Positions 24,675-38,300 of a DNA stretch of 64,000 nt are shown one piece after another. Every line of letters starts with the position of its first letter. The first letter of the stretch is position 1. A program made the translations under genes and the position numbers. The notes beneath the pieces were generated by a model. That model was not told the origin of the DNA and made no database searches. It saw only the letters and a list, made by a program, of their open reading frames with translations. The stretch is from Haliotis cracherodii (lineage: Eukaryota). Location: assembly GCF_022045235.1 (NCBI RefSeq), contig NW_027266267.1, positions 35,216,001 to 35,280,000 on the forward strand, in the 5' to 3' direction.

Positions 24675-26220
24675 TGCGTGTGTGTCACTTATTTGAAAAG
24701 TTTGATAATCTCTTGGTTTAGTTTGATAACTCACGGTTTGACCTTTGACCTTCACCTCCCCCTTGTGTCTAATGATGTTTTTAAACCACGCAATCACGCA
24801 AACAGTTTTCCATCAAGTGTTGTCTACTTCAGGAATAACCCATTAATAATAAAGCGAGGGGACACAAGAAATATACTTCAAGCATTGTCACCATGTTGGA
24901 ATCCTGACACATATGTCTCCCAACAAACAAGTATCCAAGTCAACAACAAATATATCTCCAGCAATCAGGACGCACTATGAGCATGATCTATTTATAGTGA
25001 AGACAAGACAACGTACAGCTGATACAGTGATATAGTGATATACAGTGAACATATGATATATTGATGTTGCGTCAACGCAGTGATAACAACACATGTGGCG
25101 GTATCAATATGTGCAAGTATCGACATACACAGCAAAACATTACTGAGTCCTGGACAAGTGGGTTTTTTTAAGAAAAATCTTAAAACAGAAGCTGATTTAA
25201 GTGATCGGCAAGTTCTTTAAATGTTAGTGATTAAATTAAGTACAAGTACACAGGGTTGTATGAAAATTCAACTAGAAAACTAAACAACAAAAAGTTCAAA
25301 TATATATACAACAAGATATAAAAAGTGAACAAAACATGTTTCTATAAAAAAGTCTTTGAATGTAAAAAGTGTCTCCTTGACATAAATTTCATTCTGACCG
25401 TGCAACTAACTCATCATTATGTTGAATGATCTATAGCAATGTGGAACTGTGTATTTTCAAGATGGCAAACTAACTACAAAATGTTCACTAGCTGATGTTT
25501 ATTAGCCGGAGGTCGGTTATGAGATTCAATAGTTCATTAATGTTATTACGTGCCTCATGTGGTGGCAAAGCTCAAAGTGATGCTTGTCTGTTTGATAGTG
25601 ATCACTATTTGATAGTGATTCCTAAGCACATGCTCATGGTATAGTCGGGAATCGTACAATCGACTCTGCGTTATGCAGATATTTCCATTGGATATGGAAA
25701 GGGTTTTGTCGCTTTATTTATTTAGATTACGGGTTTGGAAGTGACAAACAAAAGACCATAAAACAGGGCGAATTTGGAATTCGAACGCATATTATTTGCA
25801 CTGACTCAACTATGCACGGCACAATGAACGACGGAGCCACCCTCGCTTCCGTATCTATAAGTAATACACTGGTACAAAATATCATACTTGGCGAAAATGG
25901 AGACAACACTGACTATTCGGTTTATTTTGTCTACTAAAAGTCTCTTTCGGAACCTCTACAGTGAAGGATTCTTTCAATAACTCACATTGTTCCATACAAT
26001 CCATGACACGCAGAAAGTCGTCATGCTAATCGTGCGTGATTTCGGAACCCACGAACGGAAAAACATCACATTACACATGAATCACTTACTATCGAGTATG
26101 TTGTGGACTTCCATTGAAGAGAAACAGATAATCCAGCACAGACTCGCAGATTATTTTTCAAAACAAATGTTCCTATTGCTTAATATCCACTGTGTCTATC
26201 TGTATGGCCATTGTCCTGAA

Positions 26221-26594
26221 TCAAGGATCAACATTTGATCCCAGGACAGATCTCACAAAGTCTGACTTTTTGGCAGGGTTGATGTCGGACATACGTCTCC
26301 CCTTGTTAGCCTTCTCATTGCTACTCAACTCTTGAATCTGTGGCCTCTTCCTTGTAACGATGTACCTCCGTGCAACCCGTGCGATTCTGTTGTTGCAGAC
26401 AACCAGGACAAAGATGATGCTGAGCACCACGAGCAATGCTGCCACTAGACCTATGATAAGGTAAACGGGTACAGATGCTTGACTGACAGCAGGAGTATAT
26501 GACTTGGTAAAGGTGGTGGAGGCAGTCAGGGTGGTGGTTGAGGTGGTTGAGGTGGTTGAGGTGGTTATGAAGATGGTGGAGTTGGCGGATTTCA
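26221..26594 (-). CDS. Terminal exon: Thr-rich stalk + TM + short basic tail (candidate 3' end of gene D, or a separate gene)
   Basis: cttttag phase-1 acceptor. KSANSTIFITTSTTSTTSTTT...VYLIIGLVAALLVVLSIIFVLVVCNNRIAR...NVDP*. Confidence 0.75.
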
Positions 26595-26890
26595 CTAAAA
26601 GATGACAAAAGGACAATCAATCGTACACTTATATATAACACTTCGAAACCCAGGAGAGACCAACATCCAAAGTATGACTTCATGACCATTGCTGGTGACC
26701 ATTCCAATTTGGTCTGCCCTTGCTTTAATGGCTTATTGATGATAGTTTACACCTATATATGGAGTCAGTTTTGAAATAAATATATGTTGTACAACATGTT
26801 TGATTACAAATAAATAGATCTTACAAACTGGATCACACACGTCTCATAAGCCATCTGTTTTTCATAAATCTCAGCATAAATTACACGCAC

Positions 26891-26911
26891 CTGTAGATGT
26901 CGATGTAGTCC
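26891..26911 (-). CDS. 21-nt stalk microexon (TTSTST)
   Basis: tttcag acceptor and gtgcgt donor, phase 1-1. Confidence 0.55.
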
Positions 26912-27012
26912 CTGAAAGGAGGAAAGCAACAAAATGAGATAAATCTCATTATAAGAAGAGCCTATTTCCATTAGATTCCCCTTATATCAGACACATATAT
27001 CCAGTGATATCA

Positions 27013-27180
27013 GGGGGCGGTCGGGTAGCCAAGTGGTTAAAGCGTTTGCTCGTCCCGCCGAAGACCCGGGTTCGATCCCGACATGGGTATAATGTGTGAA
27101 GCCCATTTTTTGTGTCCCCCGCAGTGATATTGCTGGAATATTGCTAAAAGCGGCGTAAAACTATACTCATTCACTCACTT
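27013..27180 (+). mobile_element. SINE family 1
   Basis: Full length with TSD cagtgatatca. A partial inverted copy lies at 27373-27460. Confidence 0.9.
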
Positions 27181-30100
27181 CAGTGATATCAGAATTTATT
27201 AATGCCAAGAACATGTACATCTGTACTTATATAATACGATAGGTATTGTTTTAATTGACGTTCGACTTGATAATCAAAAGAATGACTGAAGTAGTGTGGG
27301 ACAACAACATATACACACACGCAAGCGTTGACAGTGATGGTTTTGCAGTTGATGTCGCGCCAAGCGCAAAGATGAGTGAGTGAGTATGGTTTTACGCCGC
27401 TTTAGCAATATTCCAGCAATATCACGGTGGGGGACACCAGGAATGGGCTTCACACATTGTGAACAAAGATAAAAACACCTATGATAAATACTTAATATAA
27501 CACTGGATGATATTCCATAAAATTGTCCAAAAGTAACAAGGTTATTGTAGACAAATACATTGATACTGAACAGGAAATTAAATCAATAATTATATAAAAT
27601 AATTAAATACATATATATTTGACAGACAACCCTCCTTCCCTTCTAGAGGGTATATGTGACCAATTTGCACCTAACTGGATCCAAAGCTCATTATATGATT
27701 CCTGCAAAATCATTGTAAGTACATCATAGCAGTTAAAGGTGAGAGTTGTTTCAGCTAAATAGCAAAGATCACAAAATGGGGAATAGGTTATTCTATTAAC
27801 ATGCATTGAAGCTAGTCAATGTGTACGTGTTCGTGTGCGTGCGCGCGTCCGTATAGAATTATTAAGGCATATCCATTCAATTAAGTAATGACATTTATAC
27901 ATATGTATTTGGGCACAATACTTATGAATAATCCTGATATCATGTGGAGACTGTTGACGAGTTTGGACAGGCACAGATTAGTTAGAAATTTCGAGGATAC
28001 GTGTTGATATGTTTGTCAACTAATAACCTGAAATAATTATAATTTATTCTATAGGCATCTGTACATAATCGTGATCCAACGGGGACTTATCAGTGAAAGT
28101 GTTCCGTGCGTGATGTCCCGGTAATTGTAATGGGGCGGCTTCGGAGCCCAGTGGTGCAGGTGTAAGATCGTCACACCAGATCAAGGTTTGGTGATGCAGA
28201 TTGGTACAGTATTTGAATCGCCCTCAGGAACATAGTTAAAAGACTACTCATCCAATGTTACTGTGCAATTCACTATTGTTATTAGCAACACCTCTTTTCT
28301 ACTGCTTTAGGTGATAGTTTAAGGTGATTCTAAATGGTGCTTTGGTCCTGTAAACATAATCATTTAAACTAATGCACCATGACCAGTCATTTTGAAGCTT
28401 TATCAATCCATGTATAACCGTCATTACACCAATAATAAGCATACGCTTCCATGCAAAATACTGGAACTACACGGGAACCTTGTGGTGACAATCAGGTCAT
28501 TGTCACCAATGTGTTAGTATATAACATTATCCATCATCTAATCAAGGGACCCTGAACGTCGAGACACAGAATAACGATAATAATTCCAGTATCCATAACA
28601 AGTGTCACCATTGTTCGGGGAGACAGATCTGTCTAACGTTCCTTGGTGTTTGCTAACACAGCCTACAGATAACCTGTGACATTTGGCAGGGAAATATAAG
28701 CGAGATATCACAAGTTGTACATTTAACAACAAACTGGTTGAAATACTAACATTAATCATTCAAATGAAAATTTAGATAGCATTACGCTACACTGTGTAGT
28801 ATTAAGATACTAGGCTGCAGACCATCACCATCAATAGCCAAAACACCCTACTGTACCTCTACAGGACTTAGCTAATGCTGGTTGGGGGTAATTCTAAAAC
28901 ATTCTTAAGATAACAACACGTAACATTGTATCAAGCATGTCTATTAGCAATGTGATCATACCAATTGAATTTGAAAATGAATCATATAACATATGTTTAC
29001 AATTCATTACTGAATTACATGTATTTCAAGTATTTCAAAATCTGATCTTCACGAGGGCGGAAAAACGATCCTGTGACATTGTATAAAGAATCCCTTTCAA
29101 AAACACACCATGCTTGACAATGAACTCACAAGAAATCAATTCAATAGGTTTAATATTAGGCTCGTCATTGTAAACCGTCTTGTGTAAACCATTGCATTCA
29201 TTGACAACCGAGGCAGGAATAATCATAAATTATATTTATTTACTACCTATCCGGGTGTCCTGCTTCTTTAATATAAGGTCCCGCATGTAAGCTATAATTC
29301 AGGGCATAGAAGCATTACATGGAATAACCGGTAGGAATATTGACGAAGCCCTGTTTAGCTGCAATGTAATGTATTTTGATGTGTTATACAATATACCAAC
29401 ATGGGCGGGTCATCAGGAAGTATGAATATTTGGCCAGGAAGTAATCAATATACAAATAATATACAAATAATTCAATTCAATACCAGTGCACACTGTAATA
29501 GTGTGAGTATTAGTGTAACAGTTCTGTCATTTCAATATTAGCCGATCAAGACTGATAAATGACTGGCGAGTGTATTTGAATCCACTAAAGCAAACTATTG
29601 TATGAAAAATGGTGAGTGTTGTTTGAAGGCGTGGAATCATGGTTGATATGCTTTGATTCTAATTTAGACGTTGTTTGTTTCCACGACCATTTCACAGGCC
29701 TTAATGTTTCAAAATTTCCACTCATCTTATTCTTACGACAACATTGTACAATAGATTTGAAACTGTCTGGAGGAAATAGTAACTTGTACCACGATATAAA
29801 TAGACTTGTTAAAACAGTTCTAAAACTCTCACGTAGTCACATAGGCACCGATAACCTTACAGAAAGTAATAACAGCGTCACCACCAACTTCATCAATGTT
29901 TTGGTAAAGATAGGTAATGGTAACTACATACAGAGGATTGGTGATGGTAAATATCCCGTATTAGGAATAAATATTGTATTTAGCGAGCCTTGGCTATAAT
30001 TTCAGTTTTCAATTCTGTGCTCGAAAATCTCTTCCCATCTCTCACAAACATTACCTAAACATTGCAAGATTTCCTGGAATGTGCGCATTTATATATTTTA

Positions 30101-31129
30101 CGTCAGAGTGTAAGTGATGTGTCAGTCTGACAGAGACAGTAGCAAATATAGTTCTAACAAAAACTTGCTTCTTATACAGAGGCGTAACAAAACATATGCA
30201 AAACAACAATTGCCTAGATAAATTTGTTTTTCTTGCCTTTCGCGGCAATCAATCGTCTGTCCTACAGAGTAACCACCATTTGTCAAAGGGAAGTTACTCT
30301 AACCCTAGTCTATGAGACGTCACGGCCACAGTCAGACGTTGTTGACATCCTGTCATGTCATAACGTTAAGAAGTGCAATATGATGTACACACAGCCACAA
30401 AACTAAACAAGGTAACAATACGAACATATTGTGGCCAAATCCAACAGTTTAAAAGGTTCTCAGCCGCAGAGGTCTACAAGCACATTTCTGGAAAGTGATC
30501 CCACTTGGCTAGCGCCCTCGGAAAATTGTTGCGCTATTTATATCGCCAAAGTTGCCAAATTTGTAAAATGCCTTAGCTACGTCACACTGAGTTTCAGTAT
30601 ATTAGACTATTCTTTTGATAATGACAGCAATTATCCCAGTAGTAGTAGATTATCGAGGGTTAATTCTGACTCGATCGGCGAATGATAAGGGCGACGCTAT
30701 ATTTGTTTGTAAACACTGAAAGTAGTCTCTTCTTGACCTTTGTTATTTTTAATCTCTATCCGCATATGACCCCAACGTATATCGTGTTGTTGTGACTACA
30801 TGTTTGTTGTTTAAAGCCCCACTTAGCAATACAAGAGCTGTATGATCATGAAGGATCGCTGACATTACCCTTTCGCAGCAGATGGAGGGCAGAAGGACGT
30901 CGAACGAAGAGGTTAACACTAGGATTGTTCTCAGTCAGACTTCAGACGCTCACCGCAATTTAGATAGCTCAGTTGCCAGTGACAAGGCCCTCCATTGTTT
31001 CATGAATCAACACGCCTTACTTTGTCAACCTAACAGAAGCGGGCATCCCGGGAAGTCACCATATGGAAGCTTTCTGTGAGTATCGAGTCTGGAAGAGACC
31101 ATCCAGCGATCGATATTATGAGCAACAGT

Positions 31130-31836
31130 CCAGGGTTCGATGTCACGCAATTACCCAAGCAACCTTGGTATGACCAGAGTTTGACGACACGCAATCAAGC
31201 AATCAAGCCTTGTATGACTAGGGTTCGATGTCACGTAATCCACTAATCAACCTTGGTATGACCAGGGTTTGATGACACGCAATCAAGCAATCAACCCTTG
31301 TATGACTAGGGTTCGATGTCGCGCAATCAACTAATCAACCTTCGTATGACCAGGGTTTGATGATACGCAATCAAGCAATCAACCCTGGTACGGCCAGGGT
31401 TCGATGGCACGCAATCAACCAAACAGCCTTGGTATGACCAGGGTTCGATTTCACGCAATGAACCAATCGACCTTGGTATAACCAGGGTTCGATGAAGCGC
31501 AACCAACCAAGTAACCTTGGTTTGATAAGGGTTCGATGACACGCAATCATGAAATCAACCTTGATATGACCAGGGTTTGCTGGCATGCAATCAACCAATC
31601 AACCTTGGTATGACCACGGTTCGATGTCACGCAATCAACCAAGCAGCCTTGGTATGACCAGGGTTCGATGTCACGCAAACAACCAAACAGCCTTAGTATG
31701 ACCAGGGTTGGATGTAAAGCAATCAACCAAACAACCTTGGTATGACCAGGGTTCGATGACACGCAATCAACCAAACAGCCTTGGTATGACCAGGGTTTAA
31801 TGCCACAAAGTTGAACAAGTAACCTTGGTATGACCC
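31130..31836. repeat. 44-bp minisatellite, ~16 copies
   Basis: Unit cagggttcgatgtcacgcaatcaaccaagcagccttggtatgac. Confidence 0.9.
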
Positions 31837-32279
31837 CAAAATCGAATAACATAGCATACAATTACCTCAGAATCCCAGAGGTAATGCAAATTATATAGGC
31901 CACGCACTAATCCTAAAATTGACGAGCATGATTAACAAAACACCATAGTCTTAGACTCTGGCATTAAAAGACTGGAACATTGAACTGAGCGCTGTATACT
32001 ATTCACAGGTAGAACTATCCATGTCACCAAAAATGAATATAAGTTAGTTTCTTGATTATAAGAATGTTGTCATCCGTGAATTATCGCCAGTACTGAAATG
32101 GTGTTACATTTTAATCAAAATCTGCATGCATGACGAATAGCACATAAGGTCTACTGTTTACCTTCAGTACGTCACTAATATGATTGAGGTAATGTTTGAA
32201 CTAGAAGCCCCAAAGATATACCCACCATGTATTCAGTTGGCCCACACATTTCCACAACAAGAAATGAACTTTGTCTTAC

Positions 32280-32384
32280 CTTGTGTACTGCCTTCAGGAA
32301 TCTGCGTTGATGTTAACGGTAATTGTTGAACAGTCGATGGCCTTGATGGTAGAGTTTTGTCTGTGCGACTGGTCTCAGGAAAGT
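32280..32384 (-). CDS. Gene D stalk exon, copy 4
   Basis: DFPETSRTDKTLPSRPSTVQQLPLTSTQIPEGSTQG; catcaag acceptor and gtaaga donor. Confidence 0.7.
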
Positions 32385-35300
32385 CTTGATGTACAAATTA
32401 TATAATTAAAACACTGTTACTTGTGGTAATGTTCTTCGTAATACATACAGTGGTTCTGACAGTAAGGACCTAAAAACTGTAGGTCAATCACCATCATCCG
32501 ACGAGGACAAATGATCTTAAGATAGCATGACGTCTGTAAACATATTTGCCTGTTAGTAAAACTCCATAGAATGTGATGAATTTGAATCAAATACAATTAC
32601 CCGAAAGAGCATTGTCAAGAATATGTTACTTAGTCGAAACCTGCATACTGATCTTAACATCGAAACCCATGCCCTGCAGAGTAATTGTTCACTTGAAGTA
32701 TAATGTTTTAAGAACGCATATACATGTATATCACATGCATAAAGAGAAGCAACCCTTTAACTTAGCAACGCCACATGCTAGAGTTGCATTCATGATTTTT
32801 AGGACGTGGAATCTGACACTTTCTGAGATGACATTATAAAAACTAATAATATGGTGGCAAAATTGATAATTTGATTCGAGCCTCCTGAGCAAATTTAGGC
32901 CTGATCATTGGCGCGAACAAGCATTCCGACATACATGTATATCCCTATCATCCAATTCACTACTCTAATTCCTTAGACATATCACCCATCGTCGTGATCG
33001 CTACCTGACATATCACCCAGCATCCGTATTCCTACAAATGTATCCCCGAGCATCTCAATAAGTACCACAATAACACCAAGCATCTAGATTAGCACCGACA
33101 TATACCACAACATCCTGATCACTAATGACATATTCTCCAGCATCCCGATCATTGTAACCTTGGTATGACCCCAAAATCGAATAACATAGCATACAATTAC
33201 CTCAGAATCCCAGAGGTAATGCAAGTTATATAGGCCACGCACTAATCCTAAAATTGACGAGGTTGATTAACAAAACACCATAGTCTTAGACTCTGGCATT
33301 AAAGGACTGGAACACTGAACTGAGAGCTGTATACTATTCACAGGTAGAACTATCCATGTCACCAAAAATGAATTTAAGTTAGTTTCTTAATTATAAGAAT
33401 GTTGGAATCCATGCATTATCGCCAGTACTGAAATTGTGTTACATTTTCATCAAAATCTGCATGTATGACGAATAGCACATAAGGTCTACTGTTTACCTAA
33501 AGTACGTGATTGATAGGATTGAGGTAATGTTTGAACTAGAAGCTCCAAAGATATACCCACCATGTATTCAGTTGGCCCACACATTTCCACAACAAGAAAT
33601 GAACTTTGTCTTACCTTGTGTACTGCCTTCAGGAATCTGCGTTGATGTAAACGGTAATTGTTGAACAGTCGATGGCCTTGATGGTAGAGTTTGGTCTGTG
33701 CGACTGGTCTCAGAAAAGTCTTGATGTACAAATTATATAATTAAAACACTGTTACTTGTGGTAATGTTCTTCGTAATACATACAGTGGTTCTGACAGTAA
33801 GGACCTAAAAACTGTAGGTCAATCACCATCATCCGACGAGGACAAATGATCTTAAGATAGCATGACGTCTGTAAACATATTTGCCTGTTAGTAAAACTTC
33901 ATAGAATGTGATGAATTTGAATCAAATACAATTACCCCGAAGAGCATTTTCAAGAATATGTTACTTAGTCGAAACCTGCATACTGATCTTAACATCGAAA
34001 CCCATGCCCTGCAGAGTAATTGTTCACTTGAAGTATAATGTTTTAAGAAAGCATATACATGTATATCACATGCATAAAGAGAAGCAACCCTTTAACTTAG
34101 CAACGCCACATGCTAGAGTTGCATTCATGATTTTTAGGACGTGGAATCTGACACTTTCTGAGATGACATTATAAAAACTAATAATATGGTGGCAAAATTG
34201 ATAATTTGATTCGAGCCTCCTGAGCAAATTTAGGCCTGATCATTGGCGCGAACAAGCATTCCGACATACATGTATATCCCTATCATCCAATTCACTACTC
34301 TAATTCCTTAGACATATCACCCATCGTCGTGATCGCTACCTGACATATCACCCAGCATCCGTATTCCTACAAATGTATCCCCGAGCATCTCAATAAGTAC
34401 CACAATAACACCAAGCATCTAGATTAGCACCGACATATACCACAACATCCTGATCACTAATGACATATTCTCCAGCATCCCGATCATTGTAACCTTGGTA
34501 TGACCCCAAAATCGAATAACATAGCATACAATTACCTCAGAATCCCAGAGGTAATGCAAGTTATATAGGCCACGCACTAATCCTAAAATTGACGAGGTTG
34601 ATTAACAAAACACCATAGTCTTAGACTCTGGCATTAAAGGACTGGAACACTGAACTGAGAGCTGTATACTATTCACAGGTAGAACTATCCATGTCACCAA
34701 AAATGAATTTAAGTTAGTTTCTTAATTATAAGAATGTTGGAATCCATGCATTATCGCCAGTACTGAAATTGTGTTACATTTTCATCAAAATCTGCATGTA
34801 TGACGAATAGCACATAAGGTCTACTGTTTACCTAAAGTACGTGATTGATAGGATTGAGGTAATGTTTGAACTAGAAGCTCCAAAGATATACCCACCATGT
34901 ATTCAGTTGGCCCACACATTTCCACAACAAGAAATGAACTTTGTCTTACCTTGTGTACTGCCTTCAGGAATCTGCGTTGATGTAAACGGTAATTGTTGAA
35001 CAGTCGATGGCCTTGATGGTAGAGTTTGGTCTGTGCGACTGGTCTCAGAAAAGTCTTGATGTACAAATTATATAATTAAAACACTGTTACTTGTGGTAAT
35101 GTTCTTCGTAATACATACAGTGGTTCTGACAGTAAGGACCTAAAAACTGTAGGTCAATCACCATCATCCGACGAGGACAAATGATCTTAAGATAGCATGA
35201 CGTCTGTAAACATATTTGCCTGTTAGTAAAACTTCATAGAATGTGATGAATTTGAATCAAATACAATTACCCGAAAGAGCATTGTCAAGAATATGTTACT

Positions 35301-38300
35301 TAGTCGAAACCTGCATACTGATCTTAACATCGAAACCCATGCCCTGCAGAGTAATTGTTCACTTGAAGTATAATGTTTTAAGAAAGCATATACATGTATA
35401 TCACATGCATAAAGAGAAGCAACCCTTTAACTTAGCAACGCCACATGCTAGAGTTGCATTCATGATTTTTAGGACGTGGAATCTGACACTTTCTGAGATG
35501 ACATTATAAAAACTAATAATATGGTGGCAAAATTGATAATTTGATTCGAGCCTCCTGAGCAAATTTAGGCCTGATCATTGGCGCGAACAAGCATTCCGAC
35601 ATACATGTATATCCCTATCATCCAATTCACTACTCTAATTCCTTAGACATATCACCCATCGTCGTGATCGCTACCTGACATATCACCCAGCATCCGTATT
35701 CCTACAAATGTATCCCCGAGCATCTCAATAAGTACCACAATAACACCAAGCATCTAGATTAGCACCGACATATACCACAACATCCTGATCACTAATGACA
35801 TATTCTCCAGCATCCCGATCATTGTAACCTTGGTATGACCCCAAAATCGAATAACATAGCATACAATTACCTCAGAATCCCAGAGGTAATGCAAGTTATA
35901 TAGGCCACGCACTAATCCTAAAATTGACGAGGTTGATTAACAAAACACCATAGTCTTAGACTCTGGCATTAAAGGACTGGAACACTGAACTGAGAGCTGT
36001 ATACTATTCACAGGTAGAACTATCCATGTCACCAAAAATGAATTTAAGTTAGTTTCTTAATTATAAGAATGTTGGAATCCATGCATTATCGCCAGTACTG
36101 AAATTGTGTTACATTTTCATCAAAATCTGCATGTATGACGAATAGCACATAAGGTCTACTGTTTACCTAAAGTACGTGATTGATAGGATTGAGGTAATGT
36201 TTGAACTAGAAGCCCCAAAGATACACCCACCATGTATTCAGTTGGCCCACACATTTCCACAACAAGAAATGAACTTTGTCTTACCTTGTGTACTGTCTTC
36301 AAGAATCTGCGTTGATGTAAACGGTAATTGTTGAACAGTCGATGGCCTTGATGGTAGAGTTTTGTCTGTGCGACTGGTCTCAGGAAAGTCTTGATTTACA
36401 AATAGCATAATTAAAACACTGTTACTTGTGGTAATGTTCTTCGTAATACATACAGTGGTTCTGACAGTAAGGACCTACAAACTGTAGGTCAATCACCATC
36501 ATCCGACGAGGACAAATGATCTTAAGATAGCATGACGTCTGTAAACATATTTGCCTGTTAGTAAAACTTCATAGAATGTTATGAATTTGAATAAAATACA
36601 ATTACCCCAAAGAGCATTTTCAAGAATATGTTATTTAGCCCAAACCTGCATACCGATCTTAACATCGAAACCCATGTCCTGCAGGGTAATTGTTCACTTG
36701 AAGTTTAATGGTTTGAGAAAGCATGTGCATGTATATCACTGGGTGAGATGCCAATGCGACAATCACACCAAAGTGTCATGGTACTGTAGCTCTACAGTCA
36801 CAAAAGTGCCAACATAAAGTCAAAATAAAAATTGTTTGAGCACTGAATTTCAACTATTTTCTGCATACATTAACTCTGAAACAATCCATTCTATTGTATC
36901 AGTGGTTCCTAATCCTCCATAAAACATGTAAAATGAAATATTATACAAGTTTCAACTCTGAGTCTTACACGCCTCCTTATATTGCTATACACGTTCCCAG
37001 CATTTAAATCCATAACAACATATCCCCAGCAATTGATGATTAAAAACATATCAGCCACCACTTCAATGCCTACCAGCTTTTCCCCCAGCATCTCGATTAC
37101 TATCGGTATATCTATAAACACCCCGATCACTACCAAAATACCCCGAGCATCTTGATCACTGCCAACATATCCCCAGCATCTTAATCGCTACCGATATATA
37201 CCCCAGCACCTGGATCACTAAAGGTCTATCCCTCAGCCTCTCAATCACTAAGGGCACATCCCCGAGCGTCATTGGATCTCGGTCAATACTGGCAAATCCC
37301 CCAGCGTCCTGATAACTTCCGACATTAATTAATCTCAAGATATATCCCCCAGCATCTCGACCACAACGGGTATATGCCCCAGCATACAAATAACTACCAG
37401 CATATCCCCCACTATCCCAATGATCACCGACATAATCCCCATAATCCCCACCGACATAATTCATCACTTACAGCATATTAATCCCCATCCCAAACACTAC
37501 CGAAATATCCCCCATAATGTCATTAACATTCGTTAAATATCTCCAAGCTTCCGGATCACCACCTACATATCCCCAGCACTTCGATCACTGCAAGCATTTC
37601 TTCGACCACCTCGATCACTGACAGCATATGCCCCTCCATCCCATTCACCATATCCCCCAGCATGGCCTTCACTGAAGCCTTATCCTCGATCATCCTGATT
37701 AGTAGTTTCTTATCTGTACAGAGCGAAGATTGTTTTTGGGAAACTTAACAAGTAAGGTCAGCATTAATAATAATCCTAAAAAATCATACAGGTTTCCAGG
37801 CATCGAAGTGTTATAAGGGGTGGCAATATAAACTTGGATTGGGCAAGAATGTGATACATTTAAGCAAAGAAGGTTATTATATATTAGTTCTTCCAACAGA
37901 TGGTTATACACTCATTTCCTTTATTATTTCTGGTGACCTTGACTTTTTTAAAGAAATCAACCATCTCCTAGACAGCTGTAGACTCTTTACGCCCGTTCAC
38001 AGTGGATAACCTGTCATAACAATGAAGGTATTGGATTGTAAGCTGTTTGAATTTTTAATTCATAGTAGCAGGGTTTTTTTTACCTTAAATCTATTATATG
38101 CCAGAACTTATAGAGAAAGATGTAGTAATTTAAACTGAATTGATGCTAAAAATCGATTCATACACCTTGCTCGACAACCCTGTTTATTGTGGAAATTTGT
38201 AAAGTAACATATGATGTACATACTCTAAAAATGTGGAACAATATTCCATTGGTTTTTGATAAGGAGGGTTGGCGCGAAGGCCTTTAAATCACTTAAATGA

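Larger units (their letters stand above)
31820..36738. repeat. 1335-bp tandem duplication, ~3.7 near-identical copies, each carrying a stalk exon
   Basis: Unit starts at 31820, 33155, 34490 and 35825. Near-identical ORFs are offset by 1335 bp. Confidence 0.95.

Noticed and set aside
29230-29370. Possible tyrosine-recombinase (DIRS) remnant
   Set aside because: Resemblance too weak to support by eye.
31130-31836. CRISPR-like appearance of the 44-, 29- and 31-bp arrays
   Set aside because: Contiguous tandem units with no unique spacers, no cas genes and a eukaryotic context.
32573-35509. Repeated 88-aa (+) and 81-aa (-) ORFs
   Set aside because: Products of the 1335-bp duplication. The 81-aa ORF is the wrong frame of the stalk exon.
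36909-37467. G/D/Y-rich and hydrophobic ORFs (also 43596-44362)
   Set aside because: Translations of degenerate intronic minisatellite, broken by stops.
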